Position numbers and translations under genes: made by a program. 64,000 nt of DNA from an uncultured Acidimicrobiaceae bacterium (GTDB lineage: Bacteria > Actinomycetota > Acidimicrobiia > Acidimicrobiales > RAAP-2), in assembly GCA_963706555.1 (NCBI GenBank), contig OY970164.1, forward strand, positions 4,966,816 through 5,030,815, in the 5' to 3' direction. Every line of letters starts with the position of its first letter. The stretch's first letter is position 1. Shown piece after piece: positions 56,733 through 64,000 of this stretch. Under the pieces are notes generated by a model. That model had not been told where the DNA came from and searched no databases. It worked only from the letters and a program-made list of their open reading frames with translations.

Positions 56733-57466
56733 CCACCACCACCGAGACGGCGACCTCCGCTGACGTCAACTTTTATTTTGACCCGGTGTGCCCGTTCGCT
56801 TGGATGACCAGCAAATGGCTGCGCATGGTCACCGCCCAGCGGAACTATACGGTGGACTGGAGGTTCATCTCACTGCGGCTGCTCAATGGCGAGGTCGACT
56901 ACGACACTCACTTCCCGCCTGGCTACGAGGACGGGCACACCGCCGGGCTGCGCTTGCTACGGGTCGCGGCCCGCACCAGAGCCGAACACGGCGCAGAGGC
57001 GGTCGGTCGCCTGTATCAGGCGATGGGGACCCGCATCTTCGACACCAACAATCACGGGGACACGATCGATCGGGGTAGCGCCGGGTTCGTCGATCCGATC
57101 TTGACCGAGGTCGGCCTGCCCGCCAACCTGGCGGACGCCTTGGACGATACCTCCCTGGACGTGTTGCTTCGCACCGAGACCGAGGAGGCCTTGGCCTTGA
57201 CCGGAAGAGACGTCGGGACTCCAATCATCCATTTCCAGCCTCCGGCCGGGGTGGCGTTTTTCGGTCCGGTCATCAGCCGGCTGCCGAACCCCGACCAAGC
57301 GGCGGGCCTGTGGGACCACGTCGTCGCCCTCGCGAGTTTCCCGGGCTTCGCCGAGCTGAAACGCAGTCTGCGAGAACGGCCCCAGCTGGCCAGCTTCGGC
57401 GTCGACCCCGACACCATCGGCGTGCAAGAAGACTGGCACGCTGGAAGCCGCCGCACCAAGAAGTAG
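56729..57466 (+). CDS. DsbA-family thioredoxin-fold protein
   Basis: VNFYFDPVCPFAWMTSKWL..GTPIIHFQPPAGVAFFGPVISRLP. The start overlaps the upstream Prx stop (ATGA). Confidence 0.7.
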   Translation: MTTTTETATSADVNFYFDPVCPFAWMTSKWLRMVTAQRNYTVDWRFISLRLLNGEVDYDTHFPPGYEDGHTAGLRLLRVAARTRAEHGAEAVGRLYQAMGTRIFDTNNHGDTIDRGSAGFVDPILTEVGLPANLADALDDTSLDVLLRTETEEALALTGRDVGTPIIHFQPPAGVAFFGPVISRLPNPDQAAGLWDHVVALASFPGFAELKRSLRERPQLASFGVDPDTIGVQEDWHAGSRRTKK

Positions 57467-57581
57467 CCCCTTCCCATCAACATCTGGGGCGCCGCGAATG
57501 TCGACCCGGTGACTAATCGAGAATGTCGCATGACCGCGATAGGCGCCTGAGGGCGTCGGACGAGAAGAAAGGACCGACCCG

Positions 57582-58238
57582 ATGTCGAACGTCAATCCCA
57601 CAGGCGAGCTGACCCGTCAGCTCGCCGAGTTCACCGCCAAGATTCCCGATCCGGTCGCTCTACGGCTTCGGGCCGCGTCCGAGGAGACCACCGAATCTGG
57701 GGTCGCCTCGGGCCTTACCGTCTCCGAGCAGGCGCCGGACTTCATCCTGCCGAACGCGCTCGGTGAGCCCGTCGGGTTGGCTCAACGGCTCACGCAGGGG
57801 CCGGTCGTGATCTCGTTCTACCGTGGTGAGTGGTGCCCCTTCTGCAACCTCGAGCTCCGGGCCCTGCAGGCTGCCCTTCCTCGCTTCCAGGCATACTCCG
57901 CGTCCCTCTTGGCAATCAGCCCTCAGGCCCCCGACCACAGCCTCTCGGCCACCGAGAAAAACGGGCTCACCTTCGACGTGCTGAGCGACATCCACCAAGA
58001 AGTCATCGCCGCCTATCGGGTGCAGTTCACCGTCCCGGCCGATCTGAAGGACCTGCACCTCGAGGTCTTCCACAACGACCTCTCCATTCACACCGCCGAT
58101 GGGAGCTGGGACCTCCCCATCCCCGCCACGTTCGTGATCGACCGCTCCGGCATCGTACGTGCTCGCTACGTAGCAGCCGACTACACGACCCGTATGGACC
58201 CCGACGACATCGAGGCGGCGCTCGCCGCTCTCAAATGA
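57582..58238 (+). CDS. AhpC/TSA-family peroxiredoxin-like protein (second copy)
   Basis: VVISFYRGEWCPFCNLELRALQ..LLAISPQ. Confidence 0.8.
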   Translation: MSNVNPTGELTRQLAEFTAKIPDPVALRLRAASEETTESGVASGLTVSEQAPDFILPNALGEPVGLAQRLTQGPVVISFYRGEWCPFCNLELRALQAALPRFQAYSASLLAISPQAPDHSLSATEKNGLTFDVLSDIHQEVIAAYRVQFTVPADLKDLHLEVFHNDLSIHTADGSWDLPIPATFVIDRSGIVRARYVAADYTTRMDPDDIEAALAALK

Positions 58239-58287
58239 CCCGAAGGCCGCTGCCCGAGACCTGTCATCTACGAAGAAGGAGACTGTC

Positions 58288-58941
58288 ATGGACGCTGTGA
58301 GATTTCACTTCGACCCAATCTGCCCTTGGTGCTACCAGACATCGCGGTGGGCCAAGCGGGTCGAACGGCTCGGCGAGATCGAGCTCGACTGGGGGCTGTT
58401 CTCCCTCGAGGTCGTGAACCTGAAGGACGGGGCCGATCCCCGCGAGCTGCAAGCCCGTTCGGCCCCGCACTGCGGACGGCGACCCTCATCCGAGAGCGGA
58501 AGGGCGGCGCCGCGATCGGACCCTTCTACAGCCGCGCTTGGCAAGAGGATCTGGGAGCAGTCACCGCCCGAGCAGGACATGGCAACCGCGGTGCGCGCTG
58601 CTCTCGAAGAGGTCGGTCTCGATGTCGCGTGGTGCGACGAAGCACTGTCGGATCCGCGGACTTGGGAGGCCGTCCTCTACGAGCACCACGCACTGATCGA
58701 GAGGACGCGCAGCTTCGGAGTACCGACGATCGTCCTCGACGGGGGAACCGGGCCGGCCATCTTCGGACCCGTGATCAGTGAGCTGCCGTCGGACGAGGAC
58801 GCAGTCGACCTGTGGCGACACGTTTCGTGGCTGGCCCGCTACGAAAACTTCGCTGAGCTCAAGCGCGACCGTATCAAGTCCCCTGATCTGCCGGCCATGA
58901 CCTGGTATCAGGCCCAGCGAGAGGCCAATCGATCGACGTGA
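58288..58941 (+). CDS. DsbA-family thioredoxin-fold protein (second copy), carrying an internal out-of-frame stretch
   Basis: RFHFDPICPWCYQTSRWA..GVPTIVLDGGTGPAIFGPVISELP. Residues about 57-81 (RSAPHCGRRPSSESGRAAPRSDPST) look wrong, while the +1 frame reads FGPALRTATLIRERKGGAAIGPFYS and matches the paralog. Confidence 0.7.
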   Translation: MDAVRFHFDPICPWCYQTSRWAKRVERLGEIELDWGLFSLEVVNLKDGADPRELQARSAPHCGRRPSSESGRAAPRSDPSTAALGKRIWEQSPPEQDMATAVRAALEEVGLDVAWCDEALSDPRTWEAVLYEHHALIERTRSFGVPTIVLDGGTGPAIFGPVISELPSDEDAVDLWRHVSWLARYENFAELKRDRIKSPDLPAMTWYQAQREANRST

Positions 58942-59049
58942 GTCTTTGGGTGAGAAGCCTTCGTCGCCCGGCGCGACCGGAGACGAGAGGAGCGCCTTGG
59001 CCCGCAACCGGACTGGTTGGAACCAAGCAAGCGAAAGGAAGGTCCCGCT

Positions 59050-59886
59050 GTGAGCGATGAGTCCGATAGCCCTAGGAGCGAGCCCGAGCCGATCGTCGCG
59101 ATGCTCGTCGAGGAGTGGGCGACGCTAGCGGAACTTCTCGACGGATTGGCTGCCTCGGAATGGCTAACGCCGACAGCACTCCCGGGATGGAGCGTCCACG
59201 ATGTCGTCGCTCACCTCATCGGTACCGAAGGTCGCCTTTCTGGCGACGAGGAGCCTCCCTCGCCCATAGACGTAACCACCCTCGCCCACGTTCGAAACGC
59301 CATCGGCGGGGCGAACGAACACTGGGTCCGAGCACTGCGCTCTGAGCCGCCCGAGGAGATGCGTCTTCGCTTCCGAGATGTCTCCCGACGGCGGGCCGAC
59401 ACGCTCATCGCCATGAGTCGAGGGGACTTTGACGTCCCGACGCAAACGCCGGTCGGGCCAGCACCGTATCGCCGATTCATGGAAATCCGGGTCTTCGACT
59501 GCTGGATGCACGAGCAGGACATCCGCCAGGCGATCGCATGGCCGGGCCACGAGGAAGGTCCGTGCGCCGAGGTCTCCATCGATGAGATAGTGCGGGCCCT
59601 GGGCTTCATCGTCGGGAAACAAGCGGCCGTCCCCGATGGCTCGACCGTCACGTTCGATCTGGTCGGCCCTGTTCACCGGACGATTCATGTCGCAGTAAAC
59701 GGACGAGCCGAAGTCGTTTCTCAACTCGATCGGCCTGCTACCACCACGCTCCGTCTCCCCTCGACGGTCTTTGCCAGGCTCGCCGGTGGGAGAGCCGACG
59801 CCCTGTCAGGACTTAGCACGATCCGCCTCGATGGCGACCCCGCGCTGGGCCGTCGAGTCGTAGAGAACCTGGCGTTCACGATCTGA
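59050..59886 (+). CDS. maleylpyruvate-isomerase-family mycothiol-dependent enzyme (DinB/MDMPI_N fold)
   Basis: RBS aaggaagg, then GTG at 59050. EWATLAELLDGLAASEWLTPTALPGWSVHDVVAHLIGTE. The ORF is open from the TTG at 59017. Confidence 0.75.
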   Translation: MSDESDSPRSEPEPIVAMLVEEWATLAELLDGLAASEWLTPTALPGWSVHDVVAHLIGTEGRLSGDEEPPSPIDVTTLAHVRNAIGGANEHWVRALRSEPPEEMRLRFRDVSRRRADTLIAMSRGDFDVPTQTPVGPAPYRRFMEIRVFDCWMHEQDIRQAIAWPGHEEGPCAEVSIDEIVRALGFIVGKQAAVPDGSTVTFDLVGPVHRTIHVAVNGRAEVVSQLDRPATTTLRLPSTVFARLAGGRADALSGLSTIRLDGDPALGRRVVENLAFTI

Positions 59887-59937
59887 ATATGGCGTCGGGC
59901 CGATCACCTCGGAGCGCCTGATTCGGGCCTCAGGGTG

Positions 59938-60195
59938 CTATTCGGACCGCCAGCGCCGGTAAAGCTCGATGAGATCGTCTCTTGCCTCTGGAGTCAAGTC
60001 CTCCGGCTCCATCGCACCGCTAAGCTGCATCGTCGTCCTGTTCTGCTCCAGGTAGGTGCGGCAATTCGGACATGAACGCAAATGCGACTCGAATCGGCGC
60101 CGGTCACGACGCCCCAGTGCGCCTTCGAGATAGTCGGTAACCAGCTCGACGGCCTGTTGGCATACCAGGTCCCTGGGCAAGAGTCGCACGGTCAC
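59938..60195 (-). CDS. soluble ZAS-type anti-sigma factor (RsrA/RshA-like)
   Basis: 85 aa. VCQQAVELVTDYLEGAL..RRRFESHLRSCPNCRTYLEQ has an early Cys followed by HxxxCxxC, and no TM segment. The GTG start forms a GTGA overlap with the upstream sigma relic. Confidence 0.8.
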   Translation of the reverse strand: MTVRLLPRDLVCQQAVELVTDYLEGALGRRDRRRFESHLRSCPNCRTYLEQNRTTMQLSGAMEPEDLTPEARDDLIELYRRWRSE

Positions 60196-60690
60196 CCTTT
60201 CTGAACCAGGCCATCGAGGACTGAACGAATCCGCGATCGACCCGATGAAGCAACACCCTCTGGTTGGTCTCGCTGTTGGAGAGCATTTCGCACACGTCCC
60301 TACTCGACAGTGCCTTCAACGTGGCTCAAAACTACGACCTGGGATTGCTGATCTGGTGACTATCGATGGGCCGCCGGGCGTAATCGGCCGGGGCAGTGGC
60401 TTCCGGCTCATCATCGAGCGCCTGCATCCCGCATCCGACGGGCGAGGTCCGGGCACCAGCCGTATCGAAGCGGCCCGGCGCGATGACGGGATCGCGTAGG
60501 TCGACGATTAATTTGGGACGCGGTGCTCACGATCACGGTCGAGCGTGCACGATTGGGGCAGATCTGAAACACGAATCCACCGATGAGGGCTGTGACCGCC
60601 TCGGTCGGCCCGGTCCATTCGCCGCAGTCTTGGCAACGGCCTTCGCTGACCTACGGGTCGTTTGGTCCGGACGGGCAACATAGCCCGTCC
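60192..60690 (-). pseudogene. ECF sigma factor relic (multiple frameshifts)
   Basis: Fragments in shifting frames align to the intact sigma at 60994..61605: EAVTALIGGF (vs EAFVALVGRH), QVVVLSHVEG (vs QVVTLRDIEG), SSRDVCEMLSNSETNQRVLLHR (vs DSKEVCQLLEISEVNQRVLLHR), GRSRIRSVLDGLVQKG* (vs GRSRLRQDLETRFGRVH*). Confidence 0.7.
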
Positions 60691-60736
60691 GGAGCGAGCA
60701 TTCCCGGGTGACCAGACATCGGCAAATCAATCGTCG

Positions 60737-60994
60737 TCAACTTGAGCCAATGCGCCACTGGACGTAGAGCCCGACGAGCTCTTCTCTTACTTCGGATGGC
60801 AACTCTTCGGATCTGAGCCGTCCGGTGAGCTGAATTGTGCTCCGCATCTGAGCGAGGTACGCCGTGCAGTGCGGACATGAGGAGAGGTGAGCTTCGAATC
60901 GGCGCCGGTCAGTACGCGACATTGAGCCCTCGATGTAATCGGTGACCAGCTCGACTGCTTGTCGACAGACCAGTGCGTTTTCACGGCGGAACAT
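60737..60994 (-). CDS. soluble ZAS-type anti-sigma factor (RsrA/RshA-like)
   Basis: 85 aa. VCRQAVELVTDYIEGSM..RRRFEAHLSSCPHCTAYLAQ. The ATG shares one base with the sigma stop (TGATG). Confidence 0.85.
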   Translation of the reverse strand: MFRRENALVCRQAVELVTDYIEGSMSRTDRRRFEAHLSSCPHCTAYLAQMRSTIQLTGRLRSEELPSEVREELVGLYVQWRIGSS

Positions 60995-61605
60995 CAGTGG
61001 ACCCTTCCGAACCTGGTTTCAAGATCCTGACGGAGTCGGCTTCGGCCCCGATGCAAGAGAACCCTCTGGTTGACCTCAGAGATTTCCAGTAGTTGACATA
61101 CTTCCTTGCTATCAAGTCCCTCAATATCTCGTAGCGTTACAACCTGGCGCTGACTTCCGGGAAGGTTCTCGAGCGACGAATGGATACTCTCCGACAGCGA
61201 CCTCGCGACGACTCGGTCCTCGGCGTCTTCCATAAAGTACTGTGGTGGGGCTACCCAGTCACCGTTTGTGTCGAATCGGTTCGGGTCGACCGCAGCTTCG
61301 GAACTGCTCAGAGGGAGAGCACGGCTTTCTCGTACACCAGTCGAGCGCGCCCGGTTGATTGCAATTTTTACGAGCCACGTCTTGATCGAGGAACGACCTT
61401 CAAACTTGCTTACGCCTCGCACGACCGCCATCCAGGTGTCCTGGACTACCTCTTCAGCAATCGCATCGCTTGGCACGAACGAGCGGGCCACAAAGAAGAG
61501 AGCATGGTTGTGGCGCCCAACGAGGGCGACGAAGGCTTCCTCGTCGCCTGCTCTTAGGCCTTCGAGAAGCTCACCGTCGCCGACGGGCGTCCGCGCTCTA
61601 TCCAT
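60994..61605 (-). CDS. ECF-type RNA polymerase sigma factor (SigH/SigR-like by context)
   Basis: ATG at 61605. Region 2: FVALVGRHNHALFFVARSFV..AEEVVQDTWMAVV..TWLVKIAINRAR. Region 4: QRQVVTLRDIEGLDSKEVCQLLEISEVNQRVLLHRGRSRL. Confidence 0.85.
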   Translation of the reverse strand: MDRARTPVGDGELLEGLRAGDEEAFVALVGRHNHALFFVARSFVPSDAIAEEVVQDTWMAVVRGVSKFEGRSSIKTWLVKIAINRARSTGVRESRALPLSSSEAAVDPNRFDTNGDWVAPPQYFMEDAEDRVVARSLSESIHSSLENLPGSQRQVVTLRDIEGLDSKEVCQLLEISEVNQRVLLHRGRSRLRQDLETRFGRVH

Positions 61606-62206
61606 TAGCCACCGGGTGCCTGCGTAGGTGTCGCACGAGAGCGAGGACATCACGCGGCATGGAACCGATGGCTCGAAGGATTGACTTGGTGTCGGAGAAG
61701 CCTACAATCGGGAAGAGCCCGCGAATGCGCAGCGTGGTGAGCAAGTCCCAGTTCATGATGTCGATGGCGCCCTTACCTGGCCTTGACACGGGTCCAGCAG
61801 CAGCCTCATGTTGCCGTGAGGGCACATGATCACGGATTATTAGCGGCGACGTTGGTCCGCGTCTTACCGCGCTCTTTCTTTCAGCGACAGATCAGGTCAC
61901 CTGCGAGCCGTGGCATGGTGGTCTGCACCGGTAAGGCGCATACGGGCGACGTTTGGCCTGTGTGGCGAAACTCGACCCCAACCAAGGGTGTCGCGAGTTA
62001 CGAAAACCGACCAGCTGTTCGTCGCCGCCAGTGTTCTTTCGTTGCCCACCGGCTTGACGAGACGGGCCGCATCGGTCACGTGTGTCTCCGTTCGCGCGGG
62101 TTGATCGGATCAACCTGTCCGAGGACTGTAACGCTTTGCCCGTCCACCAGGACAGTGATTGTGTGGGGTAATTCGACCCTGCGAGAAAGCGGAGGTAAGG
62201 ATCAAC

Positions 62207-63424
62207 ATGCGAAAGCGACTACACAAAGCGGCGCGTCTGGGGCTCGGCGCTGCCACTCTCGGTGGCATCGGTCTCATCGGCGCCTTTGGCGCGGGTGCGG
62301 CTGCAGCAGACGGGCCAGGGTTCGGGTCGGGCACGTCTCCGGTCATCGGGCATGTCTATCTCGATGACAATACGACTGGTACGAACACGATCAGCGGTTT
62401 CGACCGCCACCTGGACGGTTCCCTCACGCCGCTTGCGCGGTCTCCCTTCGTGGCCGGCGGCGCAGGCACAGGCGCAGCCGGTGGACTGGCATCGCAGGGC
62501 GCGGTCGCGGTGACCGACGATGGCCGTTTTCTGATTGCGGTGGATGCGGGCAGCAACCAGCTGTCGGTTCTACGCATCAACTTCAACGGCAGTCTCCAGC
62601 TGGTGCCCAATGGAGTGGTTTCCTCGGATGGTCCGACACCGGTCAGCGTTGCGGTGCATGACGGACTCGTCTACGTCGCCAACGCCGCTACGGTAGGACC
62701 GAACTACACCGGGTTCACGCTGTCCCCCTCCGGACGGCTTCAGCCACTGGCCAACTCGACTGTTTCCCTTCCGAATGGCTCGCAGCCCGGCGATGTCCTC
62801 TTCAACTCGACTGGTACCAACCTGGTCGGGACCCGGGTGGGAACCTCGCAGATCGACAGCTTTTCCGTTGGGAGAAACCGGCTTTTGACCGAGGCTGCTG
62901 GCGCGCCCTTCACAGCTCAGGGGCTTGGGCCTTTCGGCAGTGAGTTTCGGCCGACCAATCCCCAGCAGCTGTTTGTCTCCAATGCCCACAATGTCGGAGC
63001 CGGCAGCGGAACGGTCTCCGCTTACAGCGTCGCCTTCAACGGGTCACTCACCTCTATTGGAGCCAGTCCGGTCCCAGATGACCAGACCGCGCCTTGCTGG
63101 GTCGCCATCACCCCCAACGGCAGGTATCTGTTCGCAGTGAACACTGGTTCGGGTGATATCTCTAGCTACCAGATCGCCTTCAACGGGTCCTTGACACTCA
63201 TTGGCAGCACGGTTGTCAGCAACACCGCCGGGGTCGGCGCGACTGACCCCAGCGTGAGCCCTGACGGACGCACGCTGTATGTGAACGAGAGCCGGGTTGG
63301 TACTGTGGGCGCCTTCGCCATCAACAATGGCGGGACGCTCACTGAGCTTCCTAGCTCTCCCGTGTCGGTTCCGGCGGGTGCCCACCCCGCCGGCATCGTG
63401 ACCACCGGGTTTGGCGGCTTCTAG
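62207..63424 (+). CDS. secreted beta-propeller-fold lactonase-family protein
   Basis: RBS ggaggtaagg. Signal-like MRKRLHKAARLGLGAATLGGIGLIGAFGAGAAAADG. Repeated ..F..DGSL/NGSLT.. blades (ISGFDRHLDGSLTPL, LRINFNGSLQLV, YSVAFNGSLTSI, YQIAFNGSLTLI). Confidence 0.7.
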   Translation: MRKRLHKAARLGLGAATLGGIGLIGAFGAGAAAADGPGFGSGTSPVIGHVYLDDNTTGTNTISGFDRHLDGSLTPLARSPFVAGGAGTGAAGGLASQGAVAVTDDGRFLIAVDAGSNQLSVLRINFNGSLQLVPNGVVSSDGPTPVSVAVHDGLVYVANAATVGPNYTGFTLSPSGRLQPLANSTVSLPNGSQPGDVLFNSTGTNLVGTRVGTSQIDSFSVGRNRLLTEAAGAPFTAQGLGPFGSEFRPTNPQQLFVSNAHNVGAGSGTVSAYSVAFNGSLTSIGASPVPDDQTAPCWVAITPNGRYLFAVNTGSGDISSYQIAFNGSLTLIGSTVVSNTAGVGATDPSVSPDGRTLYVNESRVGTVGAFAINNGGTLTELPSSPVSVPAGAHPAGIVTTGFGGF

Positions 63425-63444
63425 TCGAAAGCTTTCCCCATGGT

Positions 63445-63486
63445 GCGAAGGCCGGGAGCATATTGCTCCCGGCCTTCGCATGTTTT
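63445..63486 (+). terminator. Rho-independent terminator
   Basis: gcgaaggccgggagc-atatt-gctcccggccttcgc is a 15-bp perfect stem, followed by atgtttt. It lies 20 nt after the lactonase stop. Confidence 0.8.
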
Positions 63487-63656
63487 GGGGGGTCCATGAC
63501 GAGCGGAGCGTCGGACAGAACCTTTCGTGTCACGTTGTTGATGGCAGATGTGATCGGCGTCGAATGCGTGCCGCGCTCCCAAGGTCCATGCCGTGAAAGC
63601 AACACCGAGGCCGACGCCGAGCTTGGCATGGCGGGATGGTTGCGGCATGACTTAGG

Positions 63657-63960
63657 ATGAAGGTCCGCCAGTCGAGAGCATTCTGGGCCAGAACCGTGGC
63701 CGCCATTGCCGCTGCAGCCAGGCGTTGTTTCCACCCGGGTGGCTACGCAGGTGGCCAGGTAGCCAATGCCACCTACCGGAATCATGGACCCCATACCGAA
63801 GCGATTGAGATCACGTTCAACCCCGAGCAGACCTCTTATCGTTGACTCTTGGAGTTCTCTTCCAGATCCATGACCCGACCACCCCGAACCGGCAGGGAAA
63901 TCTTTCCTACGTCCGACGGGCGTTGTCGCACCAGAGCGACGCCGTCGCGTCGTAGAGGGC
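63657..63960 (+). pseudogene. msrA: peptide methionine sulfoxide reductase A relic (several frameshifts)
   Basis: [35 protein letters not shown] reads in one frame and LLEFSFQIHDPTTPNRQGN in the next. The FW(G)PE / PGVVSTRV pieces of the catalytic N-terminus are in other frames around 63670-63740. Confidence 0.55.
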
Positions 63961-64000
63961 AAGCGTGCGGCACATCCGCCATAGATGTCGCGATCTAACG

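Noticed and set aside
63351-63962. 203-aa minus-strand ORF at the right end of the window
   Set aside because: It overlaps the lactonase 3' end, the terminator and the msrA relic. The translation is low-complexity.

Overview
GC-rich, actinobacterial-type chromosomal segment; the gene content includes a mycothiol-type MDMPI enzyme, RsrA-like ZAS anti-sigma factors and DUF2252/DUF4235/DUF1269-type ORFs. All family names come from motifs I recognise in the translations, because no searches were possible.

The window is a mosaic with four kinds of content:
1. Intact transport and regulatory genes: two DHA2 MFS pumps, a fused LivH-LivM-LivG ABC protein, a PadR-ABC-FtsX operon, an HxlR regulator, a K+ channel and a FUSC-like protein.
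2. Partner-switching parts: three STAS proteins, one GAF-PP2C phosphatase and one RsbW-like kinase.
3. A thiol-redox island at 55-64 kb: two tandem Prx/DsbA-like pairs, an MDMPI enzyme, two ECF-sigma/ZAS-anti-sigma pairs and an msrA relic.
4. Much mobile or decayed DNA: an IS110 with two frameshifts, an intact IS630 with TA flanks, an IS1380 with one frameshift, two deletion relics of an rve transposase, and frameshifted sulfatase, LuxR/MalT, DUF2252, alpha/beta-hydrolase and ECF-sigma genes.

The most unusual content is in two places:
- A tightly coupled four-gene operon at 18.9-22.6 kb encodes a MoxR(AAA_5) ATPase, a VWA/peptidase-like protein and two Trp-repeat ORFs I cannot assign. It sits next to a serine recombinase.
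- Paralogous accessory modules of tiny Cys-rich/zinc-ribbon ORFs and Xis-like HTH genes recur at about 3.5-5.2 kb, 28.1-31.3 kb and 52.1-54.8 kb.

I found no rRNA, no CRISPR array and no convincing intact tRNA; the only tRNA-like sequence is a relic at about 36.2 kb.
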